DNA of 63,102 nt, the filler included. It is 14 parts of 14 records of this genome, joined end to end, with 100 filler letters (N's around TTAATTAATTAA, not from the genome) between each part and the next. Parts side by side here need not be neighbours in the genome. Positions count along the whole stretch, not along the records: positions 22,251 to 28,553 come from SRR15195285_5045; positions 28,654 to 31,657 come from SRR15195285_5046; positions 31,758 to 37,683 come from SRR15195285_5052; 11 more parts are not named here. One strand, written 5' to 3'. The notes beneath the pieces were generated by a model. It made no database searches, had not been told where the DNA came from, and saw only the letters and a list, made by a program, of their open reading frames with translations. Position 1 is the first letter of the stretch; each line of letters starts with the position of its first letter. Made by a program: the position numbers and the translations under genes. This document shows, piece by piece, positions 22,672 through 35,808 of this stretch.

Positions 22672-23222
22672 TAGTACGCGGATAATCGGACTGCATGTAG
22701 GGCCAAACCGCGCGGCCTTTTTAAACGCATACTCTAGCATTTTTCAATACACATTCATATTGATAATCAAAGCCACCCACTGAAAAGCACTACGAGATTT
22801 CAACATCCTACATGTCCCATACATCGGGACGGAGCTTCAGGAGGAAGGGGAAGCGCTCCGTAAGGCCCTTGCTGAGCTCTCTTGCGCTCTTTCTTCCATA
22901 GAGAGGTGTACACTATACTACTACTTTATAGAGGCGGCCTTGCGAGTGGTGGCGTCGAGGTTTTCCGGGCCGTCTGTTCTGTGAGCAGCCAGGAATCGGG
23001 CGACGCAGCCCATTCGATCCGACCTTGGATCCGGAGCGCGCTGACCCCTCTCGCTGAGGATCCTTTTCCATCGCCTGACTTTCCGCCTTGTCACGCAGGA
23101 GGAACGCGCTGCTTGTTGGCAAGGCGCGGGGGGTGTTGTCCGGCAGGTGTGTTCGTGGGGTCTCGGAGTGAGAGACAGGCGCGTGCTCTGTGGGATCGCC
23201 AGAGGCGTGGCTGAGCGCGGAG

Positions 23223-26200
23223 ATGCCGCCGCGCAAACCGCTGCCGGCTGTGTGCATTGGGGAGCGGAACATCCCGCAGCGGCGCAGCAAGGATGGGAAC
23301 GTGTTCTGGGTCGACAAGACGTGCAACGTCTGGGAGACGCTCGAGGAGAGCGGCGGCTCGCAGGAGCACAAGTACTGGGCCATGGTCTGCCCGTCGAACA
23401 TGTCCACCTGCCGGCAGTGTGGCAAACCGATCGAGAAGGGCAGTGTCCGGCTCGGAAAGCCGCGGAAGGGGTCAAAAGGCGCTGGCTGTCCCACAGGCTG
23501 GTACACGACGTGGTTCCACGTCGAATGCTGCCGCGCGGCGAACGACAACGGCGGGGCCGCGCTCACTGCCAAAACGCTGAAGCCTCTGATTTTCGCGAAC
23601 CACGGGCAGCTGGGCACCACGGCCGTGACTCCCAAGCAGCTGAAGGACGTGCTCGCAGAACTACTGAAGGCGGAGCAGCCGGAGTGCCTGAAGTCGGTCG
23701 ACCCGACAGACGACGACTTCATGCAGCTGGAAAAGCAGCTGGCTCTCCCGAAGGCCAAGCTGCCGCCCGGGCTGCAAGGACAGCTGCTGCCGTTCCAGGC
23801 GCAGGGGCTGGGCTGGATGGCGGCGCAGGAGAAGAGTGAGTTCAAGGGTGGGATTCTGGCGGACGAGATGGGGTTGGGCAAAACGATCCAGACCATTGCG
23901 CTGCTGCTGGAGGCGAAGCAGCGCGCGGCCGGCGCCAGCGTACCGAAGCGGAAGTCGAGAGCCAAGGGCCGCAAGAGTGCACCGGAAGGGCAATGCCTTC
24001 CGTGCACCCCAGGAGAGACCGATATACCCTCGGGCCCGACGCTCATTGTTATGCCAACATCAGCACTGCACCAATGGTCCGAGGAGATCACCACCTTCGC
24101 CGGGGACTCGCTGCGGGTGCTCGTGTACTACGGCAAGAAAGACCGCTCGACGACGCCCAGCGAGCTTCTGAACTACGACGTGATACTTACAACATACCCG
24201 GTGGCAGAGATTGAATGGCGGCTTCAGGAGAACAAGACGAAAGTTCAGTGCAAGTACTGCAACCGGTACTTCACCGAGCAGAAGCTGCGAGATCACAACA
24301 AGTACTGGTGCGGCCCCAATGCCAAGCGTACAGCCAAGCAGAGAAAGACTGATAAGAAAGGTGTAAAGGATGGCGATGGGTCCACCACGCAATCAGTAAA
24401 CCTAGGTGGGCACGCGTTCCTGGACAGCGTCGCGGCTCCGGATGCGTCACTCTCCGCTGCGGCAGCGAAGCGCAACGCTCGTGGTGCTCGGGGTGGGTCG
24501 ACGAAGAGAAGAAAAGCGAGCGAGGTGGCGGCGGCCGCTACCGATCCCTCAGGCATCACCGATATCTACCGCGGCATTATGCACAGCGCGGGGAGGGAGG
24601 CACCGGGGAGGTGGGAGCGCATCAACAAAGCGCGCGCGCAGGCCCAGCGCCGCGACCAAAATGGTGGTGGCAATGAGACTGACGACGAGGAGGAGGCCGA
24701 CGGGGACGAGCCTGAGGCCGAAATCGAAGAACTGTCCGAAGCTGAGGAGCAGGAGCCTGAGTTGATCTCAGCAGCAGGCAACGTCTCGGTCGGAGAGGTG
24801 ATAGAGGTACGGGAGGAGCCGGCACACTCGGAAGCCTGGTACGCAGCAAAAGTTTTATCGTCGTCATCCAAAGGTGTCAAGGTGCACTACGTAGGCTGGA
24901 AAAGCAGCTATGACGAGCTGATTCGTCCGAGCACCGGGCGACTGCGTAAGAAGCTAGACGAGACAGCGGCAGCAAAGCCCGGTGTGGTAGCGAAGACGGC
25001 TCTTAGACAGGGGAAACGGAATGTGCGAGCAAAGGCTGTAAAACAGGAACAGACAGAACTGCTTGAAACGACTGCGGCAATAAGCCAGCAGAAGCAAAAG
25101 AAACGCCCGACCAAGACCACTGCAGCGGACACCAAAACACGTGCGGCGAAAGGCAAAGGAGGCAAAAAGGCGACAACGAAAGCGAGGAAGAGAAAGAAGC
25201 TGAACGATGACGATGAAGAATGGGAGGTGCCAGTGAAGAAAGAGAGCAGTGAGACCAGCACGCGCGGGCGCAAGCGCAAGACTGTGTCGTACGCGGAGTC
25301 CGGCAGTGACTCCGACTCAGACAGCGACGCATCGTCTGCGGGTGACGAGGAGTCCTCCTCTGACGAAGACTACGATGCCGAGGCAACCGAGGAAGAGTTT
25401 GTGAAGCCAACTCTGCCTGATGGCACTCCGTTGCCGACTGAGTGGGATGGGATTGACCTAAGCGACAGCAAGCTACACTCGACTGTGTGGGCTCGTGTGA
25501 TTCTCGATGAGGCTCACAAAATCAAAGGTGCGTCCTGTCACTCACTTGTGCAATCTAAGTTTTTTGAACCAGTATGATGCTGTTGCGGTACACTGCAGGT
25601 CGAACGACCAACGTCGCAAAGGCAATCTACTCCCTGCGTGCGTCCTACCGTTGGTGTCTGTCGGGCACACCGCTGCAGAACAATGTTGGGGAGCTGTATG
25701 GGCTCGTGAAATTCCTGAAGATGGACCCGTGGGCGTATTACTGCTGCAACATGAAAGGATGCGACTGCAAGTTCATGTGGTGGCAATTTGTGAGAGGTGC
25801 GCTCACGTCAAACAATCCAGTTCGCATGGTGTCAGGGCTAGATAAAGATCACTTTCATGAGATTATTCGGGGTGTGGCGGCAGGTGCGGAGGGCAAGAAA
25901 TGTGCGGCGTGCGGCCATCGCTCTTTTATGCACTTCTCATATTTCAACCGCAATATAATTAAGCCGATTTCAAACAACGGATTCACCGGCACCGGCCGCG
26001 ACGCCATGCTACGCATTCGCAACGAGGTGCTGCAGAAAATCCAGCTGCGCCGGACAAAGGTGATCGTGCAGAAGGACATCAATCTGCCCCCGCTGACGGT
26101 GCGCATCGTGAAACTGAAGCTCAGCACTGATGAGAAGGATTTTTACGAGGCGATCTACAAGCAGAGTAAGCTCAAGTTCGATAGCTTCGGCGCTAAGGGG

Positions 26201-28172
26201 ACGGTTCTCAACAACTACGCCCACATTTTCGACATGCTTGGGAGACTTCGACAAGCCTGCGACCATCCGTATCTGATCGTGCATGGGAATCGTCACGGTC
26301 AGGCAGCGCAGCTGCCCGGCAAAACAAGCAAACGACCTGACAGAGCTGGCGCGCTGTGTGGCATCTGTCAGGATTTGGTGACGGAAGAGGACGTGGAAAT
26401 TGCAAAATGTAAACACGTCTTTCACAACTCATGCATAACCGACTACGTCACAGGCATATCAATGGATAACGACGACCCAGTCCATGCAGAGGACGACACG
26501 GCAGGCACAAGTGGGAAGGCCAAGAGAGGGAAGGCACTGAAGAAGACGAAATCGGCACCTGCAGCGACGGCACCCAAGGAAATCAAGAAGAACAAGAAGC
26601 CAATGCAGCCAGGATGCCCAGTGTGTTTCAAGCCACTCACAATTACACTTGCTGATCCGAATGCGCCGAAATCTGAGGAACAGATCCGCAAGTACGTATA
26701 TCACACTGAAGCCATTCCCGTTCATGTGACGCCGCAGGTGGCTTGCAATCTGAAACACCGCGTGTGTGCAACAGGGATGCTGTAGCTGCAGCCGCGAGCG
26801 CTGATGGAGGACAAGATAAACCAAAGACTCAGCGTGCTAGCGGTACAAAGAAGCCCAAGACCAAAGAGCCGGAACAGGTCAACCCTAGCAGTGACAGTGA
26901 AAGTGAGGACGAGGAGGCAGAGCTACAGCGGGCACTCCTGATGTCGATGGAAGCCGATTCTCTCACTGTCCCTGGAAGCAAAGATGGTAGCCAACCCGCC
27001 GGTGGTGACGATGATGACAGCAGCGACGAAGGAGCCAGCCTGCCCGCCACTGCGGTGCCGTCTCGTCGGCAGCGGCGCCCGTCGTCAGGGAACAAAGGCG
27101 GCGTGGGTTCTCTGGCCAGCAGTTCGGCCTTGAAGATCGGACGCTCCAATTTCCTACACCGAATCGACTTGGCAGAGTTCACGAGCTCGAGCAAGCTCAA
27201 CGCTCTGATCGATGCCATCGTGAAAGTGAAGAAGAAAAGCCCCGACCACAAATCGATCGTGTTCTCGCAGTGAGCTGGGCCTAGCATGTAGCATTCAAGT
27301 TGTGCATGCACCCTCTACACTAAGCGTTTGCAGGAAGAATGTTGCATCACACTTGCGGATGCTGTCGGAACAGGTATGTCAACTTCCTTGACATCATCGA
27401 ATGGCGACTAAAGACCTTGGGATTTTCCCCTGTGAAGCTGGTCGGCAGCGCCTCGGCGGGTCAGCGCAGCGCGATGCTGCATGCTTTCAAGACAAACCCT
27501 GAGGTTGAAATCATCCTCCTTAGTCTACGGGCAGGAGGCGAAGGACTGAACCTCCAGTGTGCGTCACATGGTGAGTGCTCCAGGGCAAACCACTGCTGTA
27601 AGGAAGAATGAGTGCTTTCCATCGCTGACACCGCTGTCCTCCATCTTGCTGGTGATGATGACGTGCAGTATTCCTGCTGGACCCGTGAGTGTCTGCCGTG
27701 TGTCCCTCTGCCTACAATCTGTCCATTTGTCTGGATGTCTGCCGTGCGTGACTGCGTGTCTGCCTGCCTCTGTGTCTGTAGGTGGTGGAATCCAGCCGTA
27801 GAGATGCAGGCAATCCAGAGAGCCCATCGGATTGGACAGACGAGAGCGGTCGAAGCCATTCGCTTCTGCACGACTGACTCCATTGAGGACAACAGTAAGC
27901 GAGCAGTCGACGCACGATACTGCAGTTGCTGTCGCATCGACGCGTTGTTAAGTCACCCACATCTATCTCTGACTAAAACTGCCTCGTCTTGTTGCCCATG
28001 CCTCCTGCTTGGTCTCCACTTACCTGTGCGTCGGCAACAACGCCACCAACTCCCAGTGATGGCGTTACAAGCAAAAAAGCAGCTCGTCTTCGAAGGTGTG
28101 GCGGATGGAAAGTTTAGTGCGATGGCCTCCAAACTGTCGCAAAAGGACCTACAATTCCTGTTCCGCAACTGA
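23223..28172 (+). CDS. RAD16: RAD16/RAD5-like SNF2 helicase with RING finger, multi-exon
   Basis: '[13 protein letters not shown]', '[10 protein letters not shown]', 'LSGTPLQN', '[22 protein letters not shown]', RING CGIC..CKHVFH..C..CPVC, 'KSIVFSQ', 'AGGEGLNLQ', '[19 protein letters not shown]'. GT-AG introns join the ORF pieces. Confidence 0.92.
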
Positions 28173-28653
28173 GCGCTGCCATGCGTACTTGCCAAGCCGC
28201 TCGAGAATGCTGCGCCGACGAATGTTGTGGCATGTCGCCAGCCAATGAGCGACGCACACGGAATCGTGTCATGAGATTCTCATTACGTCCGATTTTCAAT
28301 ACGTCGCAGCCATGTCCCGCAATCCGTCCGTAGCATCATTCACACTGCGATGACTGATGTGAATTTGGTGTACCTCGCGCGTTAACACGCGCAAGCAGCC
28401 CCAACTCGCACTTTTGAAGCCGATCAGTGTGGGCTGGCCCGAGAAGTCGACCCTTGCCCACTCATAAGCCACACATGACATTGGGCGCGAGCTCACCGTT
28501 GTCCTGGCATACTACTAGTATAATCTCATGTCATGGGTACTGCAGAGACACCGNNNNNNNNNNNNNNNNNNNNNNNNNNNNNNNNNNNNNNNNNNNNTTA
28601 ATTAATTAANNNNNNNNNNNNNNNNNNNNNNNNNNNNNNNNNNNNNNNNNNNN

Positions 28654-31198
28654 CGCTGCCACGCTGCCCAAGCACACGAGCCATCTTTAGTCGTGAAACC
28701 ACTGGCTCCTTTGTAGATGCAAAACACAATCCTGCAGTACAAACAACAAAGGGAAGTTGAGACTCCGAGCTCGCACATCCTCTTTGTGCAGCTCGGGCAC
28801 GCTGATGCAGTGACAGTAGAGATGGGACAGACCACGGGAAAGGCAGCCCGACCAGTACGTCGAAGATATTGGAGCCGATTGAGGACGAGACAGCCATGTC
28901 ACCTTGTCCCTGTCTGGCTACGATCACGCTCGTCAGCAGATCTGGGACGCTCGTCCCTGCAGCCAGGAAAGTCAATCCCATAACAGCATCCTGGGGACAT
29001 GACATTGTTGGCCAATCCGGTCATGTGCAGTTAGTGTTCTGTTTGTCATGAAATCGGTGCATGCGCGCGCGCATGCGCGGCCATCAAACGAACACAACAC
29101 GTGGGCAGTCGCGTACCGGAATAGAGAATGCACAGCCAACTTCAGTTGCCCACCAGACCATCATATAGGAGTAAACGCCGACCCACATGATGGACATAAA
29201 GAACGTCCAGATGTAGTACTTCTTGTTATAGTCTTTGCGCACGTCAGGACAGGTCGCCAGCAATGTGGCGTTAATCGGAAGTAAAATGAAGTACATGATC
29301 CTTGAGCCAATAGGCTTCGGAATCGGGCAGAGACTAATTCCCTCCTCCTCGTCCTTCTCCGCCTCATCGAGCTTGAATCGCTCCTCGAAGTACTGCGATC
29401 CGCGGTACCACAGCACGAACTCTGACTTGGTCACGTCGCCGGAGCTGTCTGCGTCGAGAGCATCCCATGCTTCCTGCAGGTCGGCCTTGGAGCAGCTGTT
29501 ACCCATCTTGAACATGATGTCCTCCATCTCCGTGCGATTTAATACTCCGTTGCCGTCCGCATCGCAGCGGTCGAACGCCTTTTCGAGATCTGCGTCGATA
29601 CGCTGCTCGCTGGTGAGGTACCAGTCCGTGAATTCACCCAGGGAAACCTCGTTCGGGCGGCTGTGATCCCAGTTCTTCGCCATTTCCTTTATGTCAGCCA
29701 TGAGAGTATCCACGTCACCTTCAGCTGCGGCAGCCACCGGATCCACGGCGACCCCAAGGCCGGTGAGCAACGTTGTGATCTCCTCCTTGTCTACATAGCC
29801 ATCCTTTGAACGGTCCAGCTGGGTAAATGTATCTTTGACATCGCCCTTGATACGATGCACAGCCGCGATGGCAGCTGTACTAACGACCCGTGTCTCCATG
29901 AGAATCGCCAGCATACCCGCACGGAACCCAGCAAACCCTGTGCGTGTCCGGCGGCGCTGTGGGACGTCTTGCGGATTGTCCATGCTTTCGGTCAGGTTCC
30001 CTGTCTCAGCGTCGCCATTTTCGATCGTGGAGACTGAGTTGACGGACGTGTCGAATCGTGCGCGCAGATTCTCGTTCGATTTCATAACCAGTACGTATCC
30101 CACGTACATGCAGAGCAGAATAATGGCCTCCCAAAGATGAACGGTGCTGGTCTCAGCGGTGGGGTCACCTTTAAACCGGTAGCCGTCGACGTCAGAGCCT
30201 GCTTTGCCTTTCCATGTCGCGGTTGGATTTGTCAGCTTGCTGTCACCATCGGGGTGGTGTGCAATCGCGCCGAAGAATACGGCAAGAACGAGCAAAGAAA
30301 CTGCGTAGTACGAGCAGTCGCGAGCCAGGGGCCACCACGTGAGCTGCAGGGTCTCTTTGGAGAACAGCGCGCACATGCCGATGACAAAGAGGACGTTAAA
30401 CACCGCAGATCCTACGATGGTACCGAACCCAACGCTGCTCTGCTGGAATGTTCCGATGAGCGATGTAAATAACTCCGGCGCGGAGCCCCCTGCAGCCATG
30501 AACGTGGCGCCTGCGACATCGTTGGAGACGCCGGTTGCTTCAATGATGCAGTCGAGGGCAGGCACAAGGAACTCGTCGCACACGATGGCGAGCGCGAGGA
30601 ACATGTACACGACGCCGATGAGGTAAAACACCACACCGCCCCCCTGCAGCTGGTCGAAAGTGAACACAGAATTCAAGGGATTGGTCGTGTAAGTGCAGCG
30701 GCACGTCTTATCTTCAGTCGCTGAGATTTTCTGCCACTCGCTGGCCTCCGTGATGCCCTTGTACACAGGCAGGAAGTCGCGGTAGTTCTCCGAGCCGTCG
30801 CCGTTGACGTCGCAGCTCGCGGTGTCCTCGTTGTACGCCTTGTCACAGCAGAACTCAGCCTTCTGCACGTTGGTGGTGAGCGTCGTCGGGATGACCGTCG
30901 TGAGCGTGGGTTCGCATCCGACGGCCGCGTCCCAGTTCTTGTCCGTCTCGTCGCACTTCAGGGCAAAAACCTCGTGCGTGCAGCCGGCCGGGCACAGGAC
31001 GTCATGCGGGATCTGCCACTGATTCGTGTCCTCCGCTTGCCACTCCGCGCTGTCACACGTCGCCGCGAGGGTGTCCCCGTTCGGCACGCAGTACTGCTTG
31101 CAGCCGCCGTTCGCCGTTGCCGCCCATTGGCTGCAGGTCTCTCCCCAAACGGACCGCAGGGAGACCGTCACGGCGCACAGGGCCGCCAGCCCTCTCAT
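28654..31198 (-). CDS. K+-dependent Na+/Ca2+ exchanger (NCKX/SLC24-like) with EF-hands; 3' partial
   Basis: Alpha-1 repeat '[19 protein letters not shown]...[10 protein letters not shown]' and alpha-2 '[15 protein letters not shown]...SSIGSNIFD' (next exon). EF loops [36 protein letters not shown]. Signal peptide present. Confidence 0.93.
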
Positions 31199-31325
31199 TT
31201 TCACGCCAAAGGCACGCGGCGTATCTCAACCCCCTGTCCCCGCACACCACGGCCACCTCCCCTCCGCCGCTGTCAGTGGTAATCCACGCTGCGCACCGCC
31301 ATACCGACCCTCTTTCGTGCTTGAC

Positions 31326-31371
31326 CCTCGCTTCGCTGCCAGCTTACTTCCTCGCTTCGCTGCCAGCTTAC
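31326..31371. repeat. 22-bp perfect direct repeat (2 copies, period 24) upstream of NCKX
   Basis: cctcgcttcgctgccagcttac at 31326-31347 and 31350-31371. Confidence 0.85.
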
Positions 31372-32327
31372 CGCACAAAAACGTCTCTTCCGCTCCAGCG
31401 CGGCGCAGTTTCAGCCAAATCCACGGCGTCTCTTCCCGCCCAAAATCCTCGCGTGGTACGCGAGCGCACGCGGTCTCCCTGCCGGTGCGGAGAGCCCGGT
31501 GTGGGCTGTAGACTGTGGACTCTCTTACGTGTGTTTGCCCAAATGGGCAGCCAAGGCGACCCGAAACGATCAATCGAAGGCGCACAGATTTGTTTCGCCA
31601 AATTCGCTAATCCCACGGTAAGTGCAGATTCACAGGCTGGCTCAGGATTCAATCCACNNNNNNNNNNNNNNNNNNNNNNNNNNNNNNNNNNNNNNNNNNN
31701 NTTAATTAATTAANNNNNNNNNNNNNNNNNNNNNNNNNNNNNNNNNNNNNNNNNNNNCCTGTCGCTTGAAGTAGGTGTTTTACAGTAAATCAATTGTCTG
31801 CTGTCTACAGGTGCTTTGTGTGTTTCTTGCTCTTTGGCTTTTAATGAACTCCGGCGCTTTATTGCAAGTTGTGGGTTCGATACTTGTTTGCGGATTTGAC
31901 ACATTTTGAGTCATTCCCTCATGCATTCCCTCAGGCAGACGACCTCAAAACAGTACTGAATTCCTCTACGTGTACTGGGTGATTCGATTGATGCATGATG
32001 GTGGCTGGCGAGAATGATTGTGAAATCGTACCACCCCCATGCATGACCAATGCTTGAATTCACGGAGTAATTTCAACCCGCCGTTGGGTGACTTGGGCCC
32101 AACGCCTTTCCTGCTCCCGCCGCAGCTGTGTGCTGCTGGCCGGCCGACGCTCCCTGTACTGTAGGCGGCTGGCTTCCAGAGGGCGGTGTGGTGGGCTGAG
32201 GCTGTCAGTCTCCTGGGGCTGCCAGCGGAGCGCTGGCAGAGGGAGGTGTGGTGCGGTGAGGGCGTTCGTTCCTATGCCGGGTGTCCTCCATGCGAAACGC
32301 TTTTTTGCCACGGGGGGCGACGAGAAG

Positions 32328-35300
32328 ATGTCGAAGGGCTTCGTCGGCGAGAGGAAGGGCGAGCACTTCGGTTCCAGTGTGCGCAGAGACGTTGCAGAGC
32401 GGTCGAACGGCGGGGCTGCGGCGAAGAAGAAGCCGGGTCGTGGCTCGCCAAAACAGTCGTTCCGCCTCAGAAGTCATGCGCTTTGGGACGAGTTCGACTC
32501 AGAAAATCCGTCGTGAGTGAGCACCCTCCCAGTCGGTCACGCCTCCTGTATCCGCGTGCGCCTGACCCTGCGACGTGCCTCGGGCTCATCGCGCAGCTCT
32601 CCTACATCACCAACAATAAAACAACTGGCAGACAGGAGGTCGCACTCTCCATCGCGCCCGCGTGCCAACTCTCCTATCCACGGCGGCGGCTTCAGCACGC
32701 CAGCGAGGAAACTCGACGGGAGCTTCGGCTCCGTCGCAGATGGCCAGGGCCAGTACTCTGGTGCCGAAGTAACTAGGTGGAGTAACATCGACTTTGAAAC
32801 CAGCGAGTATGCCGATAGACGCCTAGGCGTCGATCCACAACTAGACGGTGAGATGCGCTGCACCGATTTCCCCCGGCCACCCTCATATGCAGGGCATATG
32901 CTGTGCTTCATGCAAACGGCTACTGACCTCATGACGATCTGCGCCCCCAGAGCGTAGAAACGGCTACATGAGTCCTACTTTCTCGTCGGTGGTCAAGACA
33001 GTTTGGGGTCCCCAAAGCGGTTCAGAGGTCTCTTTGAATGGGGACACTAGTGTGTCTCCTGTGCATATGGATCTAGAGTACGTCCACCATGTTTACAGTG
33101 GCAGCAACTCTGTGACCTTGGACAGTAGTAGCAGCAACCTTAGGTGTCACTGCAGCCAAGTGTCGTTAGTTCAGACTGCCACAACATCTCGTGTTGACTA
33201 ACATGCGGGCGCGGTGGCTGACTACTGTAGGGTGAGCACGTTGAGGACTCAGCTCCGTGAGCAGGACAGCTACAGCCAAGTCCACAGTGTCACACCTTCT
33301 GTACTGAGGCATAAGACTCGGACTGCTGACCCAGATCACCGTGGACACGAGTATGTGCACTTGGCAGTATCGTCACCTAACCCACTCCGAACGCTCCAAG
33401 TAGCGCCCGGAGGTCACGGAATGCGTGCATTCTGGGGAGACACAATCCACGACGCCCAGGTCGAGCCCGATGGAGCATTCGACGGCGCGCGTGCTGACTG
33501 GCAGATTATGGCGCAGACATCGACAGGAACCTACTCCCCTGAGCATCACAAGTGTGCGACTATGGACATGGTGTCGGTATACAATCATGAATCGCTATCG
33601 ACATTCAAACATCATAACGACCCGGCGATGGACTGGGCCCTGGTACCAAAGGAAGGTCATCCGTATGATCAGGAAGAAACCGAACGGCTAGAATTCCTGA
33701 TGGAACGTGCGGAGAAGGGGCGACCCGATCCAATGCAGCTGCGTTGTGAGCACCTTGAGGTGAGTGTGCACACACAGACCACCAGGCAGTGCTTGAAAAG
33801 TACCGATAGATTTGCACACAGCAGTGCAAATATTTTCATTGAGTTGAGATTCGATTTTGCTTTCTGATCTGGTCTGTTCTTACTGCATTGCCCACGATAT
33901 ATAGCTGGACGCGCCTGTCGAAGGCGAACCACTGCAGGTAGGGACAGCGTCCCGCCCTATATCGATGAGCATCCCCGGGCATCAGGTACCTCACGCTGAC
34001 GATCTTGAAGGGCTGAAGGCCCGCGGCCAACTGGCGGACCATGTTGAGACACGGCATGAGCCAAAGCACGATGTGGTGGAGTCGGTTGCGGCTCTCAAGG
34101 CTGAGCTCGCTGCACGAGATCCGGTCAGCAGTGCAGCAAAAGCGTATAGTACCCCCATCCCAGTCGGTCACGAGGGCAGGCAGGGAAGCATGAAACAAGC
34201 CGACAGCCTTCAGGCCAAGATTCCCTTAGAGCATCACAACGATCATGGCCGCGAACAACTGCGTCAGCAGCTCGTTCGGCACGAGCACGAGGCTACTGAG
34301 GGCACGGTTGGTCACCAACATTTCGCAGGCCACCCGCACCCAAGCGACGGCGGCTTTTCACGCTGTGCAGAAACGCAGGGTCACAAACAGAAACGAATCG
34401 TTCCAGGCAAACAAGCTGGCTTGACACATCGCCCAGACACAGCGGAAGGAATGGCTCGCCGGACAGACCATTTGGATCTAGTTGCAGCTGTTCACAGCGA
34501 ACCGACGTTGCGCCGGGAACTTGACGCCACTAGCCGCAGGTAAGCGATTCAAGCAGTATAGCTGAATTGCGCGACCGTCTTGTCCATTCGAGGTTTAGCT
34601 AGGGTGCACAAGAACTGTTCGATGGATAACGCTGCACCAGCGTGTGCCTAGTCTCTTATAGGCACAGCGTGTTGATTCCTCCTGTCAGGATCGATATAGG
34701 ATAGATTTCCCGTTCAGTTGTGGGACTGACACTCCTCTTGTCTGTCAGCCGAATTACCGCCCAAGATGAGATCAGGCGCATGGTACCGAGACCGGGCACA
34801 CGGCACCGAATCGACACTGCCACAGGGCTCTACACCAGCACGCATGGAAAGTCCGCGCATCCGGTGCCTCCAGTACCTCCGCAAGGCCACTTTCAGATGG
34901 ACGCTCAACACTTCCGCACCTTCCACCACGATGCGTCATCAGAATGGCAAGATAGCAACGTGCCAGAGCACAAGAAAATCTACCGTGGCACGGAGAAGAT
35001 GGCGGAGCCTGCACACCCTCCTGAACCAGGGCAGGTCGTGGTGCGTGATCTTGCTCGGATTTCTGCGCATTCGATACCAGCATCAGCATTATTAGCACCA
35101 GCATCCACCATTGCTGCTGACTCAACGGTATTGTGGAATGCCTTTTCACGTGGCTGTCTACAGGGATATCGGGCGCATGGTTCTGGAATACACGCTGTGC
35201 GAACTCGTCCACCAGAGCGGCATGTCAATACCCAGAGCACCGCCACTCACGTGATCCACGACGAAGAGCACACTTGGAAGCGCTACAGTCATCGTAGTTT

Positions 35301-35568
35301 GGAGAGCCAGGACTCGACACACAACGTTGTGTTCAACCCTCCTGCACAGAACACGCCCCAACCTAGCACCAGCGGCAAGAGGGCCATGGGCGGCACACCA
35401 GATATGCATCGCGTCGCGGTCGGTGCCGGGCCAGCAAAGCGTGCGATCAGCCCAGGGCAAAACAGGGAAAAAACAACCACCCTGAGTGTGCACGACAGGA
35501 TCTACCTAACCGATGTAGTTTCGTCGCGAACAGACGCCGAAAGACATGGCAGCCAGCGGCCTTTCTGA
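32328..35568 (+). CDS. Multi-exon hypothetical His/Arg-rich, probably disordered protein
   Basis: Successive same-strand ORF pieces bounded by GT donors and CAG acceptors (for example 32512 GTGAGT, about 32848, 33760, 34540). No recognisable domain; exon structure is approximate. Confidence 0.55.
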
Positions 35569-35808
35569 ACAGTAGTGTATGGCAGAGGTGAAAGAAAGCG
35601 AGAGGCGCTAGTTTGTAGTGTGGGTCTAAACATATAACCCAGACATTCTTCATTATCACACCAACGCACGGTCGAGCGTGTGTGCGAGCCAAGTGTGATC
35701 GTGACACCGTGCATAAGAAGATGTTCATGAGGCAGGAGACAGTCGGTCAAGCTACAACATCATTTTTAAAGTGCATTCAATGCTGACCCTGTGATTTCTT
35801 TATCGTGC

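Noticed and set aside
22913..24094. 393-aa antisense ORF (likewise 52569-53954 minus, 17539-18582 plus, 44024-44917 plus, 47382-48095 minus)
   Set aside because: These are shadow ORFs opposite better-supported genes in GC-rich DNA and have no motifs of their own.
25797..25883. Apparent 29-aa protein insertion in the RAD16-like ORF
   Set aside because: It is bounded by GTGCGC...CAG and is 87 nt long, so it is most simply a stop-free in-frame intron.
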